Assembly (NCBI GenBank): GCA_036172245.1
Contig: JAYWIR010000034.1
Span: forward strand, 124,001-188,000
Length of the DNA stretch: 64,000 nucleotides
DNA from: Raillietiella orientalis
Taxonomy: Eukaryota
Reading direction: 5' to 3'
Below, piece by piece: positions 63,901-64,000 of this stretch. The position numbers and the translations under genes are program-made. Numbering within the stretch: position 1 is the stretch's first letter; every line of letters begins with the position of its first letter. A model generated the notes under the pieces. The model saw nothing but the letters and a program-made list of their open reading frames with translations. It had not been told where the DNA came from and did no database searches.

Positions 63901-64000
63901 GCTGACCCCATGATCTACACCCGGACTAGACTTGGAACAGTGACACTCAGTGCAATGGAAAGCTAAGTTTGCATGACATAGACGGCAGTGCCTATTGTAA

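Overview
Eukaryotic invertebrate genomic DNA (probably an ecdysozoan; organism not identifiable from the sequence alone), with GT-AG introns. I could splice four genes by hand: (1) a 14-exon PepT1/SLC15 oligopeptide transporter (minus, 349-17217, 783 aa); (2) a 6-exon TATDN1-type nuclease (minus, 24046-29344, 302 aa); (3) an approximately 28-exon MROH1 HEAT-repeat gene (plus, 38513-46761, about 1600 aa); (4) an unrecognised 13-exon gene (minus, 50271-53951, about 720 aa). A small fifth spliced gene may lie at 31.2-31.6 kb. Composition is sharply partitioned: GC/CpG-rich flanks surround an AT-rich block, and the TATDN1 and MROH1 gene bodies are CpG-poor. Repeats include a decayed L1/Tx1-like LINE (about 60-63.9 kb) and three 5'-truncated copies of another LINE family that all end at a conserved nested stem-loop. 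The most speculative lead is two decayed, apparently intronless coding relics (about 19.3-22.5 kb and 35.1-37.6 kb) with weak resemblance to orthomyxo-like viral polymerase subunits. No prokaryotic features, CRISPR arrays, rRNA or convincing tRNA were seen. All homology calls are by eye from recalled motifs; no search was run.
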